Positions 53,904-62,405 of a DNA stretch of 62,405 nucleotides are shown piece by piece. Below the pieces are notes generated by a model. It searched no databases, was not told where the DNA came from, and saw nothing but the letters and a program-made list of their open reading frames with translations. The number at the start of each line of letters is the position of its first letter. Position 1 is the stretch's first letter. The stretch covers positions 1 to 62,405 of the forward strand of contig JAZQUF010000182.1 in assembly GCA_045631165.1 (NCBI GenBank). The letters run 5' to 3'. Made by a program: the position numbers and the translations under genes. This DNA comes from Acutalibacteraceae bacterium (GTDB lineage Bacteria; Bacillota; Clostridia; Oscillospirales; Acutalibacteraceae).

Positions 53904-55325
53904 TTATTTTGCTTTTACAGTTTCCTTAGCTTTTGAAAGAGCATCAACAATAATCTCACTGCCCTCAGCTATAACCTTGCCACTTGATTTCCTGGCATTG
54001 TCCATAACCTTCTTATAAGGCATAAGCATACCTTCAGTCATCTTGTTGCCCATCTTGGACTTGATCTTTTCACTTGAAAGAAGTGCGCCTACAAGATACA
54101 TTGCAACAACTCTGCCCTTGTGCTTCTGCGGGAAGTCGTACTGACCGTGTGATTTGTAGAACTTGTGGTCAGCTTTCATCATACCCTGCATTGTGTAAAT
54201 AAGGTCGCGGAAAATCTTCATACCGCCAACACCGTAGAAGTTAGCAGGCTGAACATATTTATTCTTAAGAGCGTAAGTGAGCATATCAGCCATACGGTCG
54301 ATGGATTTGTCTGCATCAAGCTCATCTGATGCAATACCTGCAAGGAAGTTGCCGCCTACCTCTGCTCTGCCTTCGAGAATCATTCTGAGGTTCATTTCCT
54401 TTGAGTATTCACCGCTGATAAGATAAGCAACAGGCATGCCCATTGTAACTGTTCTGTGACCGTTGCAGAACTGTCTGTCATCATACATCTTGAAGCGTGC
54501 TCCGAGAGAGTGATCTTTTATTGTGAATGCATAAACAATAGCGTCTGCTGCCTGAATTTCATTTCTGAGGAAAGCATCAAAGCCGTCCTTATATACACAG
54601 GTGCCGTCAACTGCACAGTTGAAGCAGCCGAGACAGCCACCCTTGAAGGGATATTCTGCGATGTTGACTACTCTTGAATTCATAGGAAGAACTGCCTTGA
54701 AGCGCTCAATCATAGCGCTGAGCTGTGTATCGCCTTCGTTGAGATCGGCAACGATTACAACATCACCCTTTGATTTTTCTGTGGCTTCGGGTATGGAAAT
54801 TTTGCTGAGAGTTTTAGCTTCTTCTGAGGGGATAATGGGTTCGCTGTGATCGTTTTCCACACTCCAGAGAATATATCTGAAGAAATCAAGGGCGTCATTC
54901 TGACCTTTTTCAGTTGTAAGGTCATCCATATCGGCTGAAAGTCCCTTGATAACCTTCATTCCCATATCCTGACAGTTATCCTCTATATATCTGTGGGCTG
55001 TGATGTCCCAGAAGTGTTTTGAGGTTGTAATCTGAGTTGTGAATTTGCCTGCAACGTCAGTGCCGCTTTCTTTCATAAGCTCAATGAAATAGTGAAGCTG
55101 ACAGGGGGCAATGAAGGTGTAAACGGGATATGAGAAAACAATGAGATCAGCTTCTTCCAGAGCCTTCTTTGAGTCGGAGAAATCTCTCTGAATCTTTTTT
55201 ATCTGCTGACCTGCATGTATAACGCTGAATTCGTGCTCGGGAAATTTGAGCGCAAGGTAATTGAGAGTCTGAAGAGTAACACTGTATTTACCCTTGGGAC
55301 TGCCGTTGACGATAAGAATCTTCAT
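53904..55325 (-). CDS. Two-domain flavodoxin-like / NAD(P)H-dependent FMN reductase family protein
   Basis: N-terminus MKILIVNGSPKGKYSVT. The second flavodoxin-like half has GGCLGCFNCAVDGTC. Confidence 0.65.
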   Translation of the reverse strand: MKILIVNGSPKGKYSVTLQTLNYLALKFPEHEFSVIHAGQQIKKIQRDFSDSKKALEEADLIVFSYPVYTFIAPCQLHYFIELMKESGTDVAGKFTTQITTSKHFWDITAHRYIEDNCQDMGMKVIKGLSADMDDLTTEKGQNDALDFFRYILWSVENDHSEPIIPSEEAKTLSKISIPEATEKSKGDVVIVADLNEGDTQLSAMIERFKAVLPMNSRVVNIAEYPFKGGCLGCFNCAVDGTCVYKDGFDAFLRNEIQAADAIVYAFTIKDHSLGARFKMYDDRQFCNGHRTVTMGMPVAYLISGEYSKEMNLRMILEGRAEVGGNFLAGIASDELDADKSIDRMADMLTYALKNKYVQPANFYGVGGMKIFRDLIYTMQGMMKADHKFYKSHGQYDFPQKHKGRVVAMYLVGALLSSEKIKSKMGNKMTEGMLMPYKKVMDNARKSSGKVIAEGSEIIVDALSKAKETVKAK

Positions 55326-55505
55326 ATCTTTTCACATTCCTTTATAATAATGTTTGTTTTTTTACCACTGTCTATGATATCATAAAAAATCAAGTGGGTC
55401 AAGGATAGATGTCCAAAAGTATAATTGTTATGAAAATTGTCGTTACCATTGTAAAAAATACAGGTTTATGATATTATAAATATATCACAATCTCAGGAGG
55501 AAAAC

Positions 55506-56834
55506 ATGGATACAATTCAAAAGAAAAAGACATCCGGCTTCAGAATGTGGACTCTGATATGGGGGCTCGGACTTGCCGGACAGATCTGCTGGAATATGGA
55601 AAACCAGTGGTTCAATACCTTTGTTTACACAAAAATCGCAAAAGAGCCGTCTATTATAACAGGTATGCTTATCTGCAGTGCAATGGCTACAACCTTTGCT
55701 ACCTTCTTTTTCGGCACATGGGCAGACCGTACAGGTAAGCGCCGTACCTTTATAAGCGTCGGATATATACTCTGGGGTATATTTACTATAGGCTTCGGTC
55801 TTACTGAATTTATCAGCAAGGATATGTATCTGCTTGCTGCTGTCAGTGTAGTTCTGGCTGATACAGTTATGAGCTTTTTCGGCTCAATGGGTAACGATGC
55901 AGGCTTTAATACCTGGACAACGGATATTCTGACAGATAAAAACCGCGGACAAATCGGTGCCGCACTTGCAACTCAACCTGTGCTCGGCACTATTCTCGGC
56001 ACAGTAGTCGGCGGTCTTCTTGTGGGTGAAGAGAATAATTATATGCGTCTTTTTGTTACAATGGGCGCGTTTGTAATCGTGTTCGGCATCATATCACTTG
56101 TTTTTCTTAACAAAAATGATGACGTTGAGCCCTCTGTAAGAGGTAGCTTTATTCAGCAGTTCCTCAGCGTATTCAATTTCAGGAAGTTCTTCCAACTTAA
56201 AGAGCTCGTATGGGTAAATATCGCTGTTGCCGTTTTTTTTATCGGCTTCAATGTTTACTTTGCATATATGGGCAACTATATCATCTACTACCTTGGGTAT
56301 ACTGCCGATATGATGGGCATTATAGAGGCTGTTCCTCTTGTGCTTTCAATGACAATGGCTATTCCTGCATCAATGCTTATCAATAAAAATAAGCACGTGG
56401 CAGTTTCGGTTGCTGCTGTTATCGCAAGTATTATCGGTCTTCTCATCATCTATCCGATCACTCCCGATATGATAGACAATACAAAAATCTTTGATCTGAG
56501 ACTCTGGCTCGGTATCTTCTTTGTGGGTGTTGGTTATGTAACAATTCTTCAGACCACAAAGGTGTGGACAAAGCAGCTTTATCCTCAGGACAGTAAGGGT
56601 CAGTTTGAGGGAATATGGATTCTGTTCTTTGTACTTATTCCTATGATAGGCGGCTCGGCTATCGGTGAGGCTGTTGTAAAAACAAGTGGTGAAAGCGTGC
56701 TCAATGAGGTCAGCGGCCAGATGGAATACATACCTAACGGAAACATTTTCCTGGTTGGTGCAATTCTTTCGGCGCTTTGCATTATACCTGTGCTTATTAC
56801 CAAAAAGTACAACAAGGAACGACTTGGAAAATAA
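55506..56834 (+). CDS. MFS transporter
   Basis: 12 TM segments, RBS AGGAGG, MFS loop motif WADRTGKRR. Confidence 0.75.
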   Translation: MDTIQKKKTSGFRMWTLIWGLGLAGQICWNMENQWFNTFVYTKIAKEPSIITGMLICSAMATTFATFFFGTWADRTGKRRTFISVGYILWGIFTIGFGLTEFISKDMYLLAAVSVVLADTVMSFFGSMGNDAGFNTWTTDILTDKNRGQIGAALATQPVLGTILGTVVGGLLVGEENNYMRLFVTMGAFVIVFGIISLVFLNKNDDVEPSVRGSFIQQFLSVFNFRKFFQLKELVWVNIAVAVFFIGFNVYFAYMGNYIIYYLGYTADMMGIIEAVPLVLSMTMAIPASMLINKNKHVAVSVAAVIASIIGLLIIYPITPDMIDNTKIFDLRLWLGIFFVGVGYVTILQTTKVWTKQLYPQDSKGQFEGIWILFFVLIPMIGGSAIGEAVVKTSGESVLNEVSGQMEYIPNGNIFLVGAILSALCIIPVLITKKYNKERLGK

Positions 56835-56840
56835 ACTTTT

Positions 56841-56876
56841 ACCCCGGAAGCTTAAGTCAGTTTCCGGGGTTTATTA
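56841..56876 (+). terminator. Rho-independent terminator
   Basis: ACCCCGGAA / TTCCGGGGT 9-bp stem followed by TTATT. Confidence 0.75.
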
Positions 56877-56953
56877 TTCGGCAGGGTACCATAAAAATTT
56901 AGCTTGATTATTGCACAGCTCTGGATTATAATAGATTAAAAGGAGTTGATATC

Positions 56954-57133
56954 TTGGCAAAGTTTTGCTGCGAACAATGCGCATATTACGATTACGACGA
57001 GGAATATGATGAGTATTTCTGCAGTGTTAATTTAGATGAAGACGAAATGGAAAAGTATATGAGCGGAAACACGGATTCGTGTCACTATTTCACTCTTTAC
57101 GATGAATATAAGGTAGTAAGAAAACAGAATTGA
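56954..57133 (+). CDS. Small acidic Cys-rich protein (59 aa, TTG start), absent from the ORF track
   Basis: RBS AGGAG 8 nt upstream of TTG. Translation (L/M)AKFCCEQCAYYDYDEEYDEYFCSVNLDEDEMEKYMSGNTDSCHYFTLYDEYKVVRKQN has a CxxC..C..C pattern. It resembles small DUF-type clostridial proteins as I recall them. Confidence 0.55.
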   Translation: MAKFCCEQCAYYDYDEEYDEYFCSVNLDEDEMEKYMSGNTDSCHYFTLYDEYKVVRKQN

Positions 57134-57178
57134 TATAAAATCAGGCAAGAGAATTTAAATGAAAAGCAGGAGAATGTT

Positions 57179-58390
57179 ATGAAATCACTCAGATATTTAT
57201 ATAAAACAGGCAGAGGTCCCTCCTCGTCTCATACTATGGGTCCTGATAAAGCCGCAAAATATTTCAAGGGTGCATATCCGGATGCTGACAGCTATAAGGT
57301 GATATTATACGGTTCACTTTCCAGTACAGGCAAGGGTCATAAAACCGATGAAGCCATACTCGATGTTTTCGAGGGCGAAAAAATTGAGCTTATTTTCGGC
57401 AGCGGTGAAGCAGAAGGCTTACCCCACGAAAACACCATGGAATTCATTGCCTATAAAAACGGTGAAGAATTTGCAAAAGAACGCATTATGAGCGTCGGTG
57501 GCGGTCAGATAGTCGTTGAGGGAAAGCCTGAGCTTGATGAAGCAGATATTTACGATTTGCCTACCTTCGGACAGATTGCGGAATATTGCAATACTCACAA
57601 TATCAGACTGTGGGAATATGTTGAAAAGTGCGAAGGTAAGGAAATATGGCCTTATCTTCACGAAATCTGGAAGACAATGAAAAACGCCATAAACGAGGGG
57701 CTTTCAACAAGAGGTGTTCTTGACGGAGGTCTCGGAGTGGAGAGAAAGGCGCAGTATCTTTATAATCAGTCGCATATTGATGAAAGTGATATAACAAGAG
57801 AAAACAGACTTGTTTGCGCCTATGCTTTTGCTGTCAGTGAGCAGAATGCAGGCGGTGGTGTAATTGTAACTGCTCCCACCTGCGGAGCCTGTGCGGTGAT
57901 TCCCAGTGTGCTGAAATATATGCAGGATAAAAAGGGCTTCAGTGATGACGATGTATGCAAGGCTCTTGCTGTCGGCGGACTGGTAGGAAATCTTGTAAAA
58001 ACCAATGCATCAATAAGCGGAGCTGAATGTGGCTGTCAGGCAGAGATTGGCACAGCCTGCTCTATGGCTGCGGCTGCTCTTTGTGAGCTTTTCCATATGG
58101 GTATCGGTCAGATTGAATATGCTGCCGAAGTTGCAATGGAGCATATGTTGGGTCTCACCTGTGATCCGGTATGCGGACTTGTACAGATACCCTGTATCGA
58201 AAGAAATGCGGTTGCGGCAATGAGAGCTATTAATGCTTTATCTCTTGCAAACTTCCTTTCAACAACAAGAAAAATAAGCTTTGATACTGTTGTTGAAACT
58301 ATGTATAAAACAGGAAAGGATTTGAATGCTATGTACAGAGAGACTTCTCAGGGAGGTCTTGCTGCGACATATATGCATCCGGGAAGTTAA
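57179..58390 (+). CDS. sdaA: L-serine ammonia-lyase, iron-sulfur dependent
   Basis: Motifs GRGPSSSHTMGP, TAPTCGA and CGCQAEIGTACSMAAA. Confidence 0.8.
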   Translation: MKSLRYLYKTGRGPSSSHTMGPDKAAKYFKGAYPDADSYKVILYGSLSSTGKGHKTDEAILDVFEGEKIELIFGSGEAEGLPHENTMEFIAYKNGEEFAKERIMSVGGGQIVVEGKPELDEADIYDLPTFGQIAEYCNTHNIRLWEYVEKCEGKEIWPYLHEIWKTMKNAINEGLSTRGVLDGGLGVERKAQYLYNQSHIDESDITRENRLVCAYAFAVSEQNAGGGVIVTAPTCGACAVIPSVLKYMQDKKGFSDDDVCKALAVGGLVGNLVKTNASISGAECGCQAEIGTACSMAAAALCELFHMGIGQIEYAAEVAMEHMLGLTCDPVCGLVQIPCIERNAVAAMRAINALSLANFLSTTRKISFDTVVETMYKTGKDLNAMYRETSQGGLAATYMHPGS

Positions 58391-58400
58391 TTACAGTCAG

Positions 58401-58435
58401 ATGCGGAGTACGTTTTAGTGCTCCGTATTTTTTTG
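58401..58435 (+). terminator. Rho-independent terminator
   Basis: ATGCGGAGTAC / GTGCTCCGTAT (with G-U pairs) followed by T7. Confidence 0.7.
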
Positions 58436-58456
58436 CAGGGCGGAACAGGGGAGGAC

Positions 58457-58540
58457 GGCGGCTCCATAGCGAACAAGGTTCGCTGCGAAGGCTCCGCAGG
58501 TGCCCTCGCAAATCGCCACAGGCGATTTAATGGAGCCGCC
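58457..58540. repeat. Cloverleaf palindromic element, copy 2 (inverted relative to copy 1)
   Basis: GGCGGCTCCA/TGGAGCCGCC closes AGCGAAC-AAG-GTTCGCT, GCGAAGGC..GCCCTCGC (2 mismatches) and AAATCGCC-ACA-GGCGATTT. Confidence 0.85.
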
Positions 58541-58699
58541 TCTCACTTTTACCGCAAAGGTTCCGGATGAAATATGTTCTTTTTTGTCTAATCTTATAAA
58601 AACACCTGCTATTATTTTTACATTTAAAACTATTTACTTTTTCATTTCGTTATGATACTATTTTCTATAAGAATGATTAAGAAATCAGGAGGAAAAAAC

Positions 58700-60058
58700 A
58701 TGAAACTTTATTATGACATTCAAGACAAACCAAAGTTTCCGCAACTTGTAGTGTATGCTGTTCAGCAGCTTCTTGCTATTATGGCGGCAACTCTTGTAGT
58801 TCCCCTTATTATCGGTAACGGTATGCAGCCCTCAGCAGCACTTTTCGGTGCAGGTATGGGTACGCTGATCTATCAGCTCTTCACACGAGGAAAGAGCCCT
58901 GTTTTCCTGGGCTCATCTTTTGCATTCATCGGCTCAATGTCAGCAGCTTTTGCAGGTGGTGTATCAGCGGCACTCGGCTATGTGGGTATAATCATCGGTG
59001 CAATTTTTGCGGGTCTTGTTTATGTTGTTATTGCTCTTCTTATCAAAGGTGTAGGCGTTAACTGGATTGATAAGCTTATGCCTAAACAGGTTATCGGCCC
59101 CACAGTTGCAATCATCGGTCTTTCACTTGCAGGTAATGCTATCGGCGATCTTCAGAAGGGTGATGTAAGCACTCTTGTAGAGGTTGAAGGCGAAACGGTA
59201 AGCCAGATGGTAACTAATCCTCTTATTGCTGTGCTTTGCGGTCTTGTAGCTCTTTTTGTTACAATGCTCTGCTCAACTTACGGTAAGAAGTCAATCAAGC
59301 TTATCCCCTTTATCATCGGTATTCTCTCAGGCTACGGCCTTGCAGCTGTCTTTACAGTTATCGGTAACAGTGCAGGCATCGACGCTCTCAAGGTTATTGA
59401 TTTCAGCGTGTTTAATGATATGTCACTTTTAGAGGTTCCTCAGTTCACATTCCTCACTGCTATGGATGGTGTTAAGGAGATTAACGCTTCCTATATCGGT
59501 ACAATTGCAATGGCATATCTTCCTGTTGCACTTGTTGTATTCGCTGAGCATATCGCAGACCACAAGAACATCTCATCAATCATTGAAAAAGACCTTCTTA
59601 AAGAGCCCGGTCTTGATAAGACTCTTATGGGTGACGGTGTGGGTTCAATGGTTGGTGCATTCTTCGGCGGTTGTCCCAACACAACTTACGGTGAAAGCGT
59701 TGCTTGTGTAGCTATCACAAGAAATGCATCTGTTGCAACTATCAGAGCGGCTGCTCTTGGTGCGATTCTTATTTCTTTCTTCTCACCCTTCGTTGCATTT
59801 GTAGATTCAATCCCTGCTTGTGTAATGGGCGGTGTATGTATGGCTCTTTACGGCTTTATTGCAGTATCGGGTCTTAAGATGATTCAGGCAGTAGACCTTG
59901 AAGAAAATAAGAATTTGTTCACTGTTTCAGTAATTCTTATTGCAGGTATCGGCGGCCTTACACTTAACTTTGGTAACATTACAATCACATCGGTTGCTTG
60001 TGCTCTTATCCTTGGTATGGTTACAAATATTGTTCTTGGAAAAAAGAATAAGGACTGA
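58700..60058 (+). CDS. NCS2-family nucleobase (uracil/xanthine) permease
   Basis: Start at MKLYYDIQDKP (58700) after RBS AGGAGG. Motifs QQLLAIMAAT, FAEHIADH, GGCPNTTYGES. Confidence 0.8.
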   Translation: MKLYYDIQDKPKFPQLVVYAVQQLLAIMAATLVVPLIIGNGMQPSAALFGAGMGTLIYQLFTRGKSPVFLGSSFAFIGSMSAAFAGGVSAALGYVGIIIGAIFAGLVYVVIALLIKGVGVNWIDKLMPKQVIGPTVAIIGLSLAGNAIGDLQKGDVSTLVEVEGETVSQMVTNPLIAVLCGLVALFVTMLCSTYGKKSIKLIPFIIGILSGYGLAAVFTVIGNSAGIDALKVIDFSVFNDMSLLEVPQFTFLTAMDGVKEINASYIGTIAMAYLPVALVVFAEHIADHKNISSIIEKDLLKEPGLDKTLMGDGVGSMVGAFFGGCPNTTYGESVACVAITRNASVATIRAAALGAILISFFSPFVAFVDSIPACVMGGVCMALYGFIAVSGLKMIQAVDLEENKNLFTVSVILIAGIGGLTLNFGNITITSVACALILGMVTNIVLGKKNKD

Positions 60059-60068
60059 TAATTATATA

Positions 60069-60106
60069 AATGCAAGGTGCAATTTTGTGCCTTGCATTTT
60101 TTGTTT
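60069..60106 (+). terminator. Rho-independent terminator
   Basis: AATGCAAGG / CCTTGCATT stem followed by a T-run. Confidence 0.8.
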
Positions 60107-60205
60107 TTCTATTGACATTATCGTGGTAATGTGTTAATATATTACCACGCTAAAGCGATGAATTTGAAATCGCAAAAACAATAACCCGAAAGGAAGAAAA
60201 TCATT

Positions 60206-61030
60206 ATGAAAAAGAAAACTATTGCCATTATTATGGCTATCCTCGCAGTTGTACTCTGCTTCTCACTTGCAGCTTGCGGCGACAAGCCCGATGCAAATGA
60301 AGCTAACTCGGATCTTGATTATATCAAGGCAAAAGGTGAAATGATCATTGGTTACACAGAATTTGCTCCTATGAACTATATAGATGCTGAAGGTAACTTT
60401 GTAGGCTTTGAAACAGAGTTTGCAAAAGCAGTTTGTGAAGAACTTGGTGTAGAAGCTAAATTCCAGAAAATCGACTGGAAAGCTAAGGAAACCGAACTTG
60501 CCAGCAAAAACATTGACTGTATCTGGAACGGTATGACAATCACTCCTGAAAGAGAAGAAGCAATGTCAATCTCGACACCTTATATGGCTAACAAGCAGGT
60601 TCTTATCGTTAAGGCTGAAAATGCAGATAAGTATCTCACAGCCGAAGATGTAAAGGGCGCAAACATCGTTGCTGAAATCGAATCAGCAGGTGCAGGTGTT
60701 GCTCAGGAAGATCCTTTCTTTGCTGAAGCTAACTATGCTGATGTTGACACTCAGGCTAAGGCACTCTTTGAAGTTAAGTCCGGTGTTGCAGACGCTTGTG
60801 TAGTTGACTATGTACTTTCAATCGGTATGATCGGTGAAGGCACAGACTATGAAGACCTCGTAGTTGTTGACGGTGTTGCATTTGCTGACGAACAGTACGG
60901 TATTGCCTTCCGTAAAGACAGTGACACAACAGAAGCAGTCAACGAAGCGATCTCCAATCTTGTAGCAAACGGTAAACTTGCAGAAATCGCTGCAACCTAC
61001 AAGCTTCAGGAACAGATTATCGCTGAATAA
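60206..61030 (+). CDS. Amino-acid ABC transporter substrate-binding lipoprotein
   Basis: Lipobox LAACG. Family-3 SBP motifs (IDWKAKETELASKNIDCIWNGMTITPER). Confidence 0.8.
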   Translation: MKKKTIAIIMAILAVVLCFSLAACGDKPDANEANSDLDYIKAKGEMIIGYTEFAPMNYIDAEGNFVGFETEFAKAVCEELGVEAKFQKIDWKAKETELASKNIDCIWNGMTITPEREEAMSISTPYMANKQVLIVKAENADKYLTAEDVKGANIVAEIESAGAGVAQEDPFFAEANYADVDTQAKALFEVKSGVADACVVDYVLSIGMIGEGTDYEDLVVVDGVAFADEQYGIAFRKDSDTTEAVNEAISNLVANGKLAEIAATYKLQEQIIAE

Positions 61031-61052
61031 TTAAAAAATGACGAATAACCAT

Positions 61053-61079
61053 ATGCCGTCTTTGAAAGACGGCATTTTG
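61053..61079 (+). terminator. Hairpin (attenuating terminator) between SBP and permease genes
   Basis: ATGCCGTCTT TGA AAGACGGCAT followed by TTTGG. Confidence 0.65.
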
Positions 61080-61114
61080 GCTGTATATATGAGTTCTAGA
61101 ATTGAGGTTAAATA

Positions 61115-61765
61115 ATGTTTAGTGTTGTAAACAAAGAATTGCTCGAGGGCTTTCTGTATAATGTCGAGCTTTTCACAATCACACTTTTGCTTGCATTGCC
61201 GTTGGGACTTGTGGTTGCATTTGGTTCGATGTCAAAGTTTGCTCCTTTAAAAGTGCTGACAAGAGGCTTTGTCTGGGCTATAAGAGGCACACCTCTTATG
61301 CTTCAGCTTTTTGTTGTTATGTATATGCCCGGACTCGTTTTCGGTTGGCAGATTCCCGGTAGTAATCCCAGAATGACAGCGGCAGTAATAGCGTTTGTAA
61401 TAAATTATGCCTGCTATTTTTCAGAAATTTATCGTGGCGGTATCGAGAGCATTCCCAAGGGTCAGTACGAGGCAGGTCAGGTACTCGGTATGACAAAAAC
61501 TCAGACCTTTTTCAAAGTAGTTCTTCTTCAGGTTGTAAAAAATATAGTACCGCCTATGAGCAATGAAATAATGACCCTTATAAAAGATACATCACTTTCA
61601 AATGTTATTGCAGTAACTGAAATCATTATGGCTGCAAATGCATTCTCGGGTAAAGGTCTTATATGGCCGTTGTTCTATACAGGCATCTTCTTCTTGCTGT
61701 TCTGCGGTATCCTTACTATAGTGTTCAACAAGATAGAAAAGAAGCTGGACTATTTCAAATCATAA
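61115..61765 (+). CDS. Amino-acid ABC transporter permease (His/Glu/Gln/Arg family)
   Basis: Motifs FRGTPLMLQLF and an EAA-like motif (YEAGQVLGMTKTQTFFKVVLLQ). Confidence 0.85.
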   Translation: MFSVVNKELLEGFLYNVELFTITLLLALPLGLVVAFGSMSKFAPLKVLTRGFVWAIRGTPLMLQLFVVMYMPGLVFGWQIPGSNPRMTAAVIAFVINYACYFSEIYRGGIESIPKGQYEAGQVLGMTKTQTFFKVVLLQVVKNIVPPMSNEIMTLIKDTSLSNVIAVTEIIMAANAFSGKGLIWPLFYTGIFFLLFCGILTIVFNKIEKKLDYFKS

Positions 61766-61778
61766 GGAGGGAAAGGCT

Positions 61779-62405
61779 ATGGCTATACTTGAAGTTAAAG
61801 ATATTAAAAAGAGCTTTGGCAAAACTGAAGTCCTCAAGGGCGTATCCTTTTCTCTTAATGAGGGCGAAGTGCTGTCAATTATCGGCTCATCAGGTAGCGG
61901 TAAGACAACACTGCTTCGCTGTATAAACTTCCTTGAAACGGCAGACAGCGGACTTATTACAGTTGACGGCGATGTGATTTTTGACGGCAACGATAAATCT
62001 AAGAAAAATGCAAAAGAGACACGCGAAAAGCAGCTTAAGATTGGTCTTGTATTTCAGCAGTTCAATCTTTTCCCGCAGTACGACGTACTCGATAATGTAA
62101 CACTGGCCGTTAAGCTTCAGGCTAAGGAGAGACCCGACTACAAGCAGAATAAGAAGCAGATTTTGGCTGAGATAGAAGAAAAGGCACTGAAGCTTCTCAG
62201 TGATATGGGACTTAGTGAAAAGATACACAACTATCCTTGTGAGCTTTCAGGCGGTCAGCAGCAGAGAGTATCAATTGCCAGAGCAATGGCACTTGAACCT
62301 AAGATTCTCTTCTTTGACGAGCCTACATCGGCTCTTGATCCCGAGCTTACAGGTGAGATTCTCAAGGTTATCCGCGAGCTTGCCAAGACAAATATGACAA
62401 TGGTT
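61779..62405 (+). CDS. Amino-acid ABC transporter ATP-binding protein, 3'-truncated by window edge
   Basis: Not in the ORF track because there is no stop in the window. RBS AAGGAGG, then MAILEVKDIKKSFG. Walker A GSSGSGKT, signature LSGGQQQR, Walker B ILFFDEPTSALD. Confidence 0.9.
   Translation, partial: MAILEVKDIKKSFGKTEVLKGVSFSLNEGEVLSIIGSSGSGKTTLLRCINFLETADSGLITVDGDVIFDGNDKSKKNAKETREKQLKIGLVFQQFNLFPQYDVLDNVTLAVKLQAKERPDYKQNKKQILAEIEEKALKLLSDMGLSEKIHNYPCELSGGQQQRVSIARAMALEPKILFFDEPTSALDPELTGEILKVIRELAKTNMTMV

Noticed and set aside
53818-54018. 66-aa ORF (MAGLCPCNPPLAAGHTFCC...)
   Set aside because: It starts inside repeat copy A8 and runs antisense into the 3' end of the flavodoxin-like gene. 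This is the typical spurious translation of the GC-rich repeat.
58541-58699. PyrR-binding attenuator upstream of the uracil permease
   Set aside because: There is no ARUCCAGAGAGGYU-like binding loop and no terminator hairpin between the cloverleaf element and the RBS.
1-62405. Phage-defence island, prophage, IS element or toxin-antitoxin pair
   Set aside because: I recognised no integrase, transposase, recombinase, restriction-modification, Cas, abortive-infection, reverse transcriptase or capsid/terminase-like genes. The only mobility signature is the tRNA-Arg duplication at 6553/8467.

Overview
The window is a 62.4-kb chromosomal segment of a mid/low-GC Firmicute. Gene content, codon usage and GC-rich palindromic intergenic elements suggest a gut Clostridia/Oscillospiraceae genome such as [Eubacterium] siraeum; that assignment is inference only. 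I support about 57 CDS, 2 tRNAs plus a 45-nt tRNA fragment, about 27 intrinsic terminators, several near-consensus sigma-A promoters and two families of structured intergenic repeats. Genes are mostly housekeeping or accessory metabolism: PFOR, GluRS and GlnRS, MtnN, PdxR-like regulator with PdxK, L-serine dehydratase, uracil permease, amino-acid ABC transporter, two GH43 enzymes, two sialidase-like proteins, alkaline phosphatase, bile-salt-hydrolase-like Ntn hydrolase and an MBOAT/DHHW pair. I saw no CRISPR array, transposase, integrase or phage genes. Five observations deserve a second look. (1) An ECF sigma factor overlaps the start of a single-pass membrane-anchored serpin, laid out like a sigma/anti-sigma pair with a serpin as the sensor ectodomain. 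(2) Two roughly 80-nt cloverleaf palindromic elements share a closing stem, while their hairpins covary. (3) A dispersed 50-60-nt hairpin element lies co-oriented just after stop codons in 7 of its 9 copies. (4) A six-gene operon is built around a degenerate [FeFe]-hydrogenase-like protein with DRTGG, HATPase and PHP partners, and no hydABC genes are nearby. (5) A 1.9-kb low-GC islet is bounded by a duplicated 3' half of tRNA-Arg(CCT). All calls come from reading the sequence and recalling motifs; no database search or folding program was run.
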